Shown: piece after piece, positions 1-8,063 of the stretch | How the letters are laid out: each line of letters starts with the position of its first letter | Position numbering within the stretch: the first letter of the stretch is position 1 | From: a virus | Taxonomy: Duplodnaviria; Heunggongvirae; Uroviricota; Caudoviricetes | Strand: one strand, 5' to 3' | Virus record (IMG/VR): IMGVR_UViG_2545824708_000017 | DNA: 24,201 nucleotides | Made by a program: the position numbers and the translations under genes | Notes under the pieces: generated by a model | What the model was told of the DNA's origin: nothing | The model's database searches: none | The model's input: the letters and a program-made list of their open reading frames with translations, nothing else

Positions 1-625
1 CGGCTGCACTTTCTGCCGTCTTTCTTGACAATTCAGCTTCTGCTGCACTTTGTGATGACTCACTGGCTTTTTGAGCGGCCGCAGAAGCCGAGGACGAGGA
101 CGCATCCTCTGACTGCTTTGCTGAGGCTGCACTTTCTGCCGCCTGCCGGGCTGACTCCGATGCCTCCCCTGCTGAAGTGTCAGCATTTGCAGCGCTCTCT
201 TCTGCCTGACTGGCTGATATGCCGGCATTCCTCGCTGACGTCTCCGCCTCTCCGGCATTCTTCTTCGCCTCCTCAGCGTGACGCGCCACCTCTTCCACCA
301 TCTGTTCAAAACGGCGCAGTGCCTCCGGCCGGGCATCCTCCTCCGTCATGGCACCGAGAAAATCATTCAGCGTACCCGGCTGAGAATCTTCATACACGGT
401 GATGGTCCCGGCATGTGACGGCGGGACCCCTTCCACCAACAGAATAACGCTGTACTGACCGTACTCAACGTCCATGCTGTAACGCCCGGTTTCATCCGGA
501 TTTTCTGAGGCCAGCGTGTTCACCACCACCGTGGTGCTGTTACGTTTTGCTTTCAGCTGGATTGTGCAGTTCTGTACCGGTTTTCCTGTGCCGTCTTTCA
601 GTACACCTGAAATCTTTACTGCCAT
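1..625 (-). CDS. stf: Side tail fiber protein Stf, N-terminal part (partial; continues past window start)
   Basis: Not in ORF track because it runs off the edge. My translation from ATG at 625-623 gives MAVKISGVLKDGTGKPVQNCTIQLKAKRNSTTVVVN...YSMDVEYGQYSVIL...TVYEDSQPGTLNDFL, which matches the lambda Stf N-terminus as I recall it, followed by Ala/Ser/Glu-rich repeats. GGGGTGA Shine-Dalgarno upstream. Position after lom matches lambda order. Confidence 0.8.
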   Translation of the reverse strand, partial: MAVKISGVLKDGTGKPVQNCTIQLKAKRNSTTVVVNTLASENPDETGRYSMDVEYGQYSVILLVEGVPPSHAGTITVYEDSQPGTLNDFLGAMTEEDARPEALRRFEQMVEEVARHAEEAKKNAGEAETSARNAGISASQAEESAANADTSAGEASESARQAAESAASAKQSEDASSSSASAAAQKASESSQSAAEAELSRKTAESAA

Positions 626-634
626 ATTCACCCC

Positions 635-664
635 ACAAAAAAGCCCGCCTGAACCGGCGGGCTG
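635..664 (-). terminator. Rho-independent terminator downstream of lom
   Basis: Inverted repeat agcccgcc(643-650)/ggcgggct(657-664) with 6-nt loop; A-run 635-642 on plus strand gives a U-tract on the minus-strand transcript. Confidence 0.55.
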
Positions 665-689
665 TCATAACACTGTGTTACCTGGCTAA

Positions 690-1313
690 TCAGAATTTAT
701 AGCCGACACCCACGATGAAACCGTCAGTGCGCCAGTCGCCACTGCCGGAACCTTCATAAGCAAGGTCAATAACCACCGTCTCTACGGGACTGAACTGAAT
801 CCCGGCATTCCAGGCCGGCGACAGATGACGCGCAGTATGACCATCACTGGCGGTGGTGGTCTCCTTCACATACCCCGGTTTCACTTCATCACGCCGGTAA
901 TCCTGAACACTGTCAGACCAGCGGGTGTACGCCATCCCGGCCATGCCATAGAGACTGACCCGCTCACTGAGCTGCCAGACAGGGCCGGCCATCAGACTGA
1001 CATAACGACCGCGCAGGCTTTCATAATGGAAGGTATTTTCACCCGTCTTCATCGTGTCACTTTTCTTCACCGATGCATAACTCAGCGCGACAATGCCGCC
1101 CAGGTGATCCGTGAACTCATAACGGTATTTCACATTAATCCCTTTTAAATCACCTGCACGCGCACCGGTACCGGACAATGCCGGTACGCCGCCCGGGTGA
1201 ACCTGAGCATATCCCACGGAAAATGCACCGTGTCCGCTTTCAGCCTGTGCAGGAAGGGAAATGCCTGTCAGCAGTGCGGTCCAGAATAAAATGGCTCCGT
1301 ATAAATGTCGCAT
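690..1313 (-). CDS. lom: Outer membrane protein Lom (Ail/Lom/PagC family beta-barrel)
   Basis: 207-aa ORF with signal peptide; motifs GINVKYRYEFTD and C-terminal DLAYEGSGSGDWRTDGFIVGVGYKF match lambda Lom as recalled. Sits between J and stf as in lambda. GAGAGG Shine-Dalgarno 5 nt upstream. Confidence 0.9.
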   Translation of the reverse strand: MRHLYGAILFWTALLTGISLPAQAESGHGAFSVGYAQVHPGGVPALSGTGARAGDLKGINVKYRYEFTDHLGGIVALSYASVKKSDTMKTGENTFHYESLRGRYVSLMAGPVWQLSERVSLYGMAGMAYTRWSDSVQDYRRDEVKPGYVKETTTASDGHTARHLSPAWNAGIQFSPVETVVIDLAYEGSGSGDWRTDGFIVGVGYKF

Positions 1314-1337
1314 GATGACCTCTCGTTTTCAGTCAAT

Positions 1338-1361
1338 AAAAAAGGCACCTCCTGAGGTGCC
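1338..1361 (-). terminator. Hairpin terminator between J and lom
   Basis: ggcacctc(1344-1351)/gaggtgcc(1354-1361) perfect inverted repeat; aaaaaa at 1338-1343 on plus strand gives a U-run after the hairpin on the minus-strand RNA. Confidence 0.5.
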
Positions 1362-1380
1362 CGTCCGGGTTAATAAACCG

Positions 1381-4300
1381 TCAGCTGATACTGATCCCTG
1401 CCGTGGATTTTTTCATGACCACAACCAGTAAATCACTGATGTACGTTGTCGGCGTCCAGTTGTTCGCACCGGCCGACGACACATTAAACGTCAGGGTGAC
1501 ATGACCCCGCCCTGCCGGCATATCTATCACCGATGAGAACACCCGGCTGACATCCGTTGCCGGTTCATGGAAAATCTCAACCCCGTTCTTCAGCACCTGC
1601 AGCTTACAGGTGGAATACCAGTACGACTGCTGATTCGGGCTGTTGAAATTCTGGTGTTTCGTCCCGTGAAACAGCACCGGGGGAATGATAATCTGCCGGT
1701 CGAATCCCTGGTCATCGTAAACTGTGACGGTTACCGTCCCGCTGGCATAACTGTTATTCCGGGGAAAGGCTTTCCCCACCGTCTTCACCAGGTCGCCTTC
1801 AATCTGGTTTGCAGACAGTTTCCCTCTGATGACACAGTTCTCGTTAATGGTGACATTATTGAGCGTGCCGGTATTCGCGGTAATTGCTCCGCTGATATCC
1901 GCGTTCCTGGCTGTCAGCTTCCCTTCCGGCGTCAGGGAAAACGTCGGGGGGTTGCCGGATGACGTGATACTCGCCGCAAACAGACGCTTCAGGAACACGT
2001 CGTTCATGAACAGCTGATTCCCCTGCGCCACAAATAACGGAGTGCTGTTGCCGCTCTCCGGATTTATCATCGCGATACGGTCAGCCAGCAGCAGTATGTT
2101 GCTCAGTGGCTGGCCATCAGTATCCTCAATCCCTGCACCAATCCCGGCCACATAGGGAATGCCGTCTTTCGTTTTTTGAACCTTCAGCATGTACAGCGCA
2201 GCCAGGTCATCATTTGTGTCCTTCTGCACGCGCTGTATCTGCTGAATGGTGGCGCTCTGGTCTTCCAGCGTTTTACTGACCGTCTGTGTGATTTCATTGC
2301 GGGTTTCGGTGATGGTGGTCTTCATCTCCGCCATCTCATCCGCAAGCTGGCTGTTGTCTATCAGCTCCCATAGCCCCTGAGCCAGATGCAGTTTTCCTAT
2401 TTTTTCCCGGAAAAATTCCAGATACCCTTCACCATCATTGCTGGGCTGCCCGCTGACTTCCACAAACGCAGATTTCCCCACCAGGTTGACGCTGCGCACG
2501 TAAAACCAGAAATCCTTCCCGGGCTTAATGTGCGGGCCGGATACACTCCACTGACTGCCGGTCCCCAGATAACGGGCAGAGGTTTCCACCTGAGATGTGT
2601 CTGCGATTTTTGCCTCCGAAAACCAGAACTCAAACTGTACCGTCGGGTCATACACCGCAAGACGCGGGACCGCCGTTATCTGAAAATACCCCGGCGTCAG
2701 TTCAATGGTGGCGGGTTTTGCTGGCGCGTTAATCTGGAAGGTGGTGGTGGCCGGTTCGCCCTGCTGGCCATAACTGTTAATTGCCCGGACGGTCAGGGTG
2801 TATTCCCCGAGCGGCAGACCACTGAAACGATGCTCTGTATCCGCAGTGATGGCGGTGGTCACCAGACGGCTGTCTTCTCCGCTTCCGTTGGTCAGGCGCA
2901 GACTGAAGCGCACACCCTTCACCACCCGCGGCGTGTCCCATTTCGCCTGTGCCAGATACTGACCGTCAGCCGCGCTCACCTCCACCGTCAGGTGCTGCAC
3001 AGCCGGCGGGATGACGCTGTTCAGCGAACCGGACAGTGGCTCAAAGCTGGCCCCGTTATCCACAATGGCTTCTTTTTCCGGTACGTGCTGCACCGCCGTG
3101 ATGGCAAAGGTGCCGTCCGTGTTTTCCCGGATGGAGACACAGCGGAACAGGCGACGACGCAGTGACGGCAGGGAGAGTCCCCATACACCGTATGTCTCCA
3201 CACCATCAGGCAGGGTGCTGACCTGTATCCGGTCCGGCGCGGGGTGTGCAGTGATGGCCACGCTCACCGGCTTACCGCTGCCGTTAATCAGGTTCACCGT
3301 GGCGGCACCTGTCTCCGGCAGGGTCACCTCACGGTCCAGTGTCAGGGTGCGGCTGGCGGCATCGATGGACAGGATACGTCCGCCGGTCATGGTCCCGGCA
3401 TAGTCGTTATCACAGATTTCAATAATGTCACCGGGTGTGTGACGCAGCCCCTGTGACCCGAGCGTGAAATCCACCGTCTGCGTTTCCAGCAGTCCGGTCT
3501 TTATCACCCACAGCCCGGCACGGTGGGCCTGACCGCGACTGGTGCAACCGAACGCATCCATCTTCAGCAGGTTGCGCCCGTAGCGCAGTATGGCTTCCGG
3601 GTCTTCCACCAGTTCCGTGGAGGTCTGCCAGCCGTTCTGCGGGTCGGTGTAATTCACCTCCACCGCCGTGTGACGGTCCTTCAGGGCGCTGAAGCTGTAG
3701 CGAAACCCCACGCCGTTATCATCCACCACCACATCGCAGTTGGTGTACGGCCACACCACATCCGACGGGCGGTCCTGAACGAACGTCAGCGTCTGGCCGT
3801 TCCATACCGGCATACAGCGCATCGCCGAGCAGAAATCACTGAGCACATCCCATGCCTTACGCTGTTGTGACAGGTACGCATTAAAGGTCATCCGCGGCTC
3901 TGTGCCCCCGAAACCATCCGGGACCGTCTGGTCGCAGTACTGCCCGATGGCATACAGCGCCCACTTGTCCACATCCGCCGCCCCCAGACGTTTTCCCATG
4001 CCGTAACGCGGGTGAGTCAGCATGTCCCACAGGCACCAGGCCGGGTTGTTGCTGTATGCCGGTTTCAGGCTGCCGTCCCAGATACCACTGTACGTGCGTT
4101 TTTCCGGGTCATAGTTTGACGGCACCTGAATAATGCGACCGCGGATATGGTAGTTCACCGTCATCTGCTGACCGCCAAACTGCTCCGCATCCACCTGCAG
4201 CCCCACAATCGCCGTGTTCGGGTAGCACTGTTTCACATCGATGATTTCGGTGTATGACGACCAGAGCGTCTTATTCTGCAGCTGGTCCGAGGTGCTGTCC

Positions 4301-4857
4301 GCTGTCTCCCGGACCATCCGGATGTTAAAGGGCCGCTCAGGCAGATTCTCCAGAATCACCGACGCCAGGTACTGTGAGGTGGTCTTGCCGTTAATGGTGA
4401 CATCCTTTTCCGTCACCCAGTTACCGTTACGCTGCAACTGAATCAGCAGTCGGACAGAAGAGGGATTACGGTCGCCCTTTGAGGTGGTCTCCAACAGTGA
4501 CTGCACCCCGAAGGTGACCCGCAGGCGGTCAATGTTCGCGGATGTAATGGTGCGCGTTACCGGCTTTGCCTTCGTCACTTCCACGCCCAGTCCGGTTTCA
4601 GCTCCGGAGGACTCAAAGCCTTCCGGTGGTGTCTGCTCCTGCTCCCCGGCGCGCCAGACCGCGGTCACACCGTGTATCACAGGATTGCCGTCCGTGTCCG
4701 TCAGCGGGGTTTTGTTCACCAGGATACTCTGCAGCCCCTTCACCGGGCCTTCTATCGGTCCCTCACCAATCGCATCAATCACACTCATCATCTGCGTGGA
4801 TTTGAGATTATCCTTCGCCTCTCGAGGCGTGTGCGCCCTGCCGCCACCTTTGCCCAT
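1381..4857 (-). CDS. J: Tail tip / host specificity protein J (central tail fiber)
   Basis: 1158-aa ORF. N-terminus [39 protein letters not shown] and long internal stretches (e.g. [37 protein letters not shown]) match lambda gpJ (about 1132 aa) from memory. The C-terminal ~150 aa diverge from lambda. Confidence 0.93.
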   Translation of the reverse strand: MGKGGGRAHTPREAKDNLKSTQMMSVIDAIGEGPIEGPVKGLQSILVNKTPLTDTDGNPVIHGVTAVWRAGEQEQTPPEGFESSGAETGLGVEVTKAKPVTRTITSANIDRLRVTFGVQSLLETTSKGDRNPSSVRLLIQLQRNGNWVTEKDVTINGKTTSQYLASVILENLPERPFNIRMVRETADSTSDQLQNKTLWSSYTEIIDVKQCYPNTAIVGLQVDAEQFGGQQMTVNYHIRGRIIQVPSNYDPEKRTYSGIWDGSLKPAYSNNPAWCLWDMLTHPRYGMGKRLGAADVDKWALYAIGQYCDQTVPDGFGGTEPRMTFNAYLSQQRKAWDVLSDFCSAMRCMPVWNGQTLTFVQDRPSDVVWPYTNCDVVVDDNGVGFRYSFSALKDRHTAVEVNYTDPQNGWQTSTELVEDPEAILRYGRNLLKMDAFGCTSRGQAHRAGLWVIKTGLLETQTVDFTLGSQGLRHTPGDIIEICDNDYAGTMTGGRILSIDAASRTLTLDREVTLPETGAATVNLINGSGKPVSVAITAHPAPDRIQVSTLPDGVETYGVWGLSLPSLRRRLFRCVSIRENTDGTFAITAVQHVPEKEAIVDNGASFEPLSGSLNSVIPPAVQHLTVEVSAADGQYLAQAKWDTPRVVKGVRFSLRLTNGSGEDSRLVTTAITADTEHRFSGLPLGEYTLTVRAINSYGQQGEPATTTFQINAPAKPATIELTPGYFQITAVPRLAVYDPTVQFEFWFSEAKIADTSQVETSARYLGTGSQWSVSGPHIKPGKDFWFYVRSVNLVGKSAFVEVSGQPSNDGEGYLEFFREKIGKLHLAQGLWELIDNSQLADEMAEMKTTITETRNEITQTVSKTLEDQSATIQQIQRVQKDTNDDLAALYMLKVQKTKDGIPYVAGIGAGIEDTDGQPLSNILLLADRIAMINPESGNSTPLFVAQGNQLFMNDVFLKRLFAASITSSGNPPTFSLTPEGKLTARNADISGAITANTGTLNNVTINENCVIRGKLSANQIEGDLVKTVGKAFPRNNSYASGTVTVTVYDDQGFDRQIIIPPVLFHGTKHQNFNSPNQQSYWYSTCKLQVLKNGVEIFHEPATDVSRVFSSVIDMPAGRGHVTLTFNVSSAGANNWTPTTYISDLLVVVMKKSTAGISIS

Positions 4858-4990
4858 AATGTTCCTCTCAATTGGTATTATTAATCGCAGTGATAGGATA
4901 TTGCACAGCTATTGCGCGATATCATCAGAACGCTGTTTGTTACCCTGTAACCAGCAAGCTCAGTCTGTTAACGGAATTAATGAGGGTTTT

Positions 4991-5518
4991 ATGAAATGTA
5001 AAATCATTGCTGCCATTGCCATGCTGACAGCAGCATCATGCGGATACGCAGCAGAACAGGAAGTCCCAATGAACCTTGTCAGTGCTGACGGAAAAGAAGT
5101 CAGCATTGGAAAAATAACCATTCAGGAGACCCCCTACGGTCTGCTGTTCACACCAGCCCTTCACTCTCTGTCTGAAGGCATTCATGGTTTTCATGTGCAC
5201 GAAAAAGGAAATTGCGCCCCGGCACTGAAAGACGGAAAACCGGTCGCAGCATTATCGGCTGGGGGTCACTTTGACCCGAAAAACACCGGCAAACATCTTG
5301 GCCCCTGGTCTCCGGATGGACACCTGGGCGACCTCCCTGCGCTGTTCGTGACGCATGACGGAAAAGCGAACTACCCGGTCCTGGCCCCGAGACTGAACTC
5401 ATTAAAAGAGATTAAAGGGCGTTCTCTCATGCTTCATGCTGGCGGTGATAACCATCATGACCATCCGGAGCCCCTGGGCGGTGGTGGTGCGAGAATGGCC
5501 TGCGGCATCATTCAATAA
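4991..5518 (+). CDS. sodC: Periplasmic Cu/Zn superoxide dismutase (SodC), prophage-borne
   Basis: 175-aa ORF from ATG 4991 (GAGGG Shine-Dalgarno at 4982-4986); N-terminal signal peptide [20 protein letters not shown]; Cu/Zn-SOD motifs [39 protein letters not shown]. The track ORF 4484..5518 includes a spurious 5' extension antisense to J. Lower GC than flanking tail genes. Confidence 0.9.
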   Translation: MKCKIIAAIAMLTAASCGYAAEQEVPMNLVSADGKEVSIGKITIQETPYGLLFTPALHSLSEGIHGFHVHEKGNCAPALKDGKPVAALSAGGHFDPKNTGKHLGPWSPDGHLGDLPALFVTHDGKANYPVLAPRLNSLKEIKGRSLMLHAGGDNHHDHPEPLGGGGARMACGIIQ

Positions 5519-5526
5519 TCAGTCAG

Positions 5527-5556
5527 GTAAGGGGCGGGCCCCTTACCTTTATTCCT
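5527..5556 (+). terminator. Rho-independent terminator after sodC
   Basis: ggtaaggggc(5527-5536)/gccccttacc(5539-5548) inverted repeat followed by tttattcct. Confidence 0.55.
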
Positions 5557-5666
5557 CAGGACGATAAATCCTTTCTCCCTGAAAAGAACGGCACATCCTC
5601 CCTCTCTGAGTTAATGTTTTTGTCGTGACATAAGAATAATTCCTTACACTCAATCTTCGTAACGCT

Positions 5667-5710
5667 CCCGCAGTTCCTGTCCGTGAGCACTGCGGGATTT
5701 TTTCGCTTTT
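5667..5710 (+). terminator. Second hairpin with T-run at I/sodC boundary (possible backup terminator)
   Basis: cccgcagt(5667-5674)/actgcggg(5689-5696) stem with 14-nt loop, followed by attttttcgctttt. Plus-strand orientation; overlaps the 3' end of I. Confidence 0.3.
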
Positions 5711-6389
5711 ATGCCTGCCGCCCGATAACCACGACCTTTCCGCCCCCGCCTTCATCACGGGTACTGATGTCCTGGGATATACGGCGGGAGCCAACCAGCA
5801 TTTCCCCGTAAGGCACCGGCATCGGGTTACCCTGGGCAATCATGTTGTCCAGTGACGAAAAATACGTGTTCTGTCTGCCGTTATCCGTGCTTTTGTACTC
5901 CGGTACTTTAGCCTTCGGGGCCAGCATCTGAGCCACACCACCCAGAATCATGCTGGCCCCCAGAGAAAACAGCATCGTGGTGGCAGAAAAACCACCGGCT
6001 GCCAGGGCTGAACCCCATAACGCCATTGATGCCCCGGCAGTGAAGAAAGAGCCCACGATGGCTGCCGCCCCCAGCACAATCTGCAGTCCACCCTTTCCGG
6101 CCCCGGCCAGTCGCGGCACAATGTGGATGACCGTTCCCTCACCCAGCTGTTCGTGAAGACGGGCGTACACCGCCTCCGGTGCCGTGTCCTCACCGCGAAT
6201 ACGTATCTGGTACCAGCCTTCGTTCATCTGACGGCGGAATCCCGGCATCTGCATCGACAGGGCACGGATGGCTTCCGCTGCCGTGTTCACATACAGGCTG
6301 AGGCGGCGGCCAAATCGTTGTAAATCCCCGTGAAGGCAGATGCGTGCCAGTGGCGGTGACGCCAGACAGAATGCGTTCGTCGTTGCCAT
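5709..6389 (-). CDS. I: Tail tip assembly protein I
   Basis: 226-aa ORF; MATTNAFCLASPPLARICLHGDLQRFGRR and NTYFSSLDNMIAQGN...YGEMLVGSR match lambda gpI (223 aa) as recalled. Overlaps the 3' end of K by about 100 nt. Confidence 0.85.
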   Translation of the reverse strand: MATTNAFCLASPPLARICLHGDLQRFGRRLSLYVNTAAEAIRALSMQMPGFRRQMNEGWYQIRIRGEDTAPEAVYARLHEQLGEGTVIHIVPRLAGAGKGGLQIVLGAAAIVGSFFTAGASMALWGSALAAGGFSATTMLFSLGASMILGGVAQMLAPKAKVPEYKSTDNGRQNTYFSSLDNMIAQGNPMPVPYGEMLVGSRRISQDISTRDEGGGGKVVVIGRQA

Positions 6390-7030
6390 TTTTCGGAATA
6401 CCTCTCCCGTTTACTCAGTTGTTCAGGCAGATGGTGAAGCAGTTCACCGTTGCCGCAGTAAATGGCGGCATGATTGGCCACCGATGCGCCAAAGCAGCAC
6501 AGCAGGATATCGCCCGCCTGTGCAGAGGACAGGGGCACCCGGTAAAAGCCGGTGACCGCCATATTGTCCAGGTAAAGGTTCTGACCGTTGCGCCACCAGT
6601 CATCCTCACGCTCAAAATCCGGCATATCAATTCCCGCCAGATGGTATGCATCCCGGAACAGCGTGTAACAGTCCGTCACCCCGTGCTCAAAGCGCCGTCC
6701 TGTCAGATGTGGCACACAGCGGAATTTGTGAATGTCACCCCGGCAGACCAGCCACCAGGGCAGTGCGCTTTTTATCTGCAGCCGCCGGTCAGCCTCGCTC
6801 AGCCAGGGCAGTCCACCGGGATGACTGTGGACCAGTGCCACAATCTCCCCCTGCATCTCTGCCCGCAGCCAGTCTTCCGGTGCGATACGAAAATACGCCT
6901 CCGGCTCTGCAGAGATATTCACACAAGGGATATACCGTTCCCCCTCCGGCGTGCTTATCACGAAGCCGCACGACTCCGCAGGCGCACACCGCCGGGCATG
7001 CGCCAGAATCGCTGATTCTGTCTGTGTCAT
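6287..7030 (-). CDS. K: Tail tip assembly protein K (JAB/MPN-like N-terminal and NlpC/P60-like C-terminal domains)
   Basis: 247-aa ORF; HARRCAPAESCGFV, EIVALVHSHPGG (MPN-like HxH), and Cys/His region GVTDCYTLFRDAYH...NHAAIY. Lies between L and I as in lambda. Exact start uncertain. Confidence 0.85.
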   Translation of the reverse strand: MTQTESAILAHARRCAPAESCGFVISTPEGERYIPCVNISAEPEAYFRIAPEDWLRAEMQGEIVALVHSHPGGLPWLSEADRRLQIKSALPWWLVCRGDIHKFRCVPHLTGRRFEHGVTDCYTLFRDAYHLAGIDMPDFEREDDWWRNGQNLYLDNMAVTGFYRVPLSSAQAGDILLCCFGASVANHAAIYCGNGELLHHLPEQLSKRERYSEKWQRRTHSVWRHRHWHASAFTGIYNDLAAASACM

Positions 7031-7035
7031 TGGAT

Positions 7036-7734
7036 TTACTGCGAAAGTTTGTTAATGGAAAGGAAACCGCCAAAATTAGCCACCATGCCGCGCATCTCAC
7101 ACCCGCGCATGCACTTGCTGCATCTGTCCTTACGGATATCCGTGGTGGGGTTGTCGAACTCATCCGCCACCGCAGGACCGTTATACCCGCATTCATCTCC
7201 CCGGTAATCCCACATACAGGTGTTCGCCAGCATGATGCGACCGGGAAACAGCGCTCCGTCCGTCTCCGTCGGTGTTGCCAGCACAAACGAGGCTGTCATG
7301 GCCGTCAGCTCTGACATCTGCTCCACCACCCAGCGGTCGCTCAGCTCCTGCTCCGGGTCCGCTTCCGGATTGCCCGCCACAAAATTCACCGCATCCAGAA
7401 AACGGGCATACACCCGGCGGCGGACCACCGTGGCCCCCACCAGGCTCTGCAGGTCCTCCGCCATTCCGGTGACCAGACCGAACAGATTGGACACCGTCAG
7501 CGACGGGCGGGCACTGCTGCCCTTCCCGTTCATCTCAAAGCCACTGCCGTCAATCGGGTATGCCTGATATTGCCGCCCCTGCCAGGTAACCGCCTCCCCT
7601 TTTTCATTCAGCTCATTGCAGAAAAAATACCGCTCACCACCCTGTACCGTCAGGTCGATTTCCCAGAGTACCACCCGCGGTGACTGCTCTGATTTAACCG
7701 ACTCGTTCAGACTTTCTTCGTGAATATCCTGCAT
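7036..7734 (-). CDS. L: Minor tail protein L
   Basis: 232-aa ORF, same length as lambda gpL; Cys-rich C-terminus (CSKCMRGCEMRG). Follows M. Confidence 0.88.
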   Translation of the reverse strand: MQDIHEESLNESVKSEQSPRVVLWEIDLTVQGGERYFFCNELNEKGEAVTWQGRQYQAYPIDGSGFEMNGKGSSARPSLTVSNLFGLVTGMAEDLQSLVGATVVRRRVYARFLDAVNFVAGNPEADPEQELSDRWVVEQMSELTAMTASFVLATPTETDGALFPGRIMLANTCMWDYRGDECGYNGPAVADEFDNPTTDIRKDRCSKCMRGCEMRGMVANFGGFLSINKLSQ

Positions 7735-8063
7735 CAGTTCACCACCTGCTTAAACTCCGCGCTGAATTCAACCCGCAGCATGCGAACCCGTGATGACCAG
7801 GCGGCACAGGTCACCTTTATCTGCCGCCAGGCATAAGGCGGTGTCCACAGAAACGCCTTCCAGCCACCGTGCTCTGCCAGGAATGCCTCCAGATGTCGGG
7901 CCTCCTCCCGGGTCACGGAAAGCGTCACACGGTATGTTTTCAGGTCAGCATTCAGCCCCGCCGCCATACGCTGCGAATACCCGTCACCAAAACGCACTTC
8001 ACGCACCGATGGCTGCGAGTTCACCTCCATATCCGGCTTCACTTTCCAGCGAAATGTTTTCAT
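7734..8063 (-). CDS. M: Minor tail protein M
   Basis: 109-aa ORF, same length as lambda gpM; sits between H and L with 4-nt overlaps typical of translational coupling. Confidence 0.88.
   Translation of the reverse strand: MKTFRWKVKPDMEVNSQPSVREVRFGDGYSQRMAAGLNADLKTYRVTLSVTREEARHLEAFLAEHGGWKAFLWTPPYAWRQIKVTCAAWSSRVRMLRVEFSAEFKQVVN

Noticed and set aside
25-402. 125-aa plus-strand ORF
   Set aside because: Antisense to the stf coding sequence; Pro/Leu-rich translation is the mirror of Stf Ala/Ser/Glu repeats.
2386-3165. 259-aa plus-strand ORF
   Set aside because: Lies antisense inside the J coding region; Arg/Gly/His-rich composition typical of antisense frames in GC-rich genes.
4901-4925. 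Candidate sodC promoter (TTGCAC ... TATCAT)
   Set aside because: Spacer is only 13 nt, too short for a sigma70 promoter; the real promoter is not confidently identifiable by eye.
4484-4990. 5' extension of the plus-strand track ORF (344 aa) upstream of sodC
   Set aside because: This part is antisense to the J gene, has no SOD similarity, and the Shine-Dalgarno plus signal peptide define the real start at 4991.
5549-5839. 96-aa minus-strand ORF
   Set aside because: Overlaps the 3' end of I in another frame and extends into the terminator region; no ribosome-binding site; I is the supported gene.
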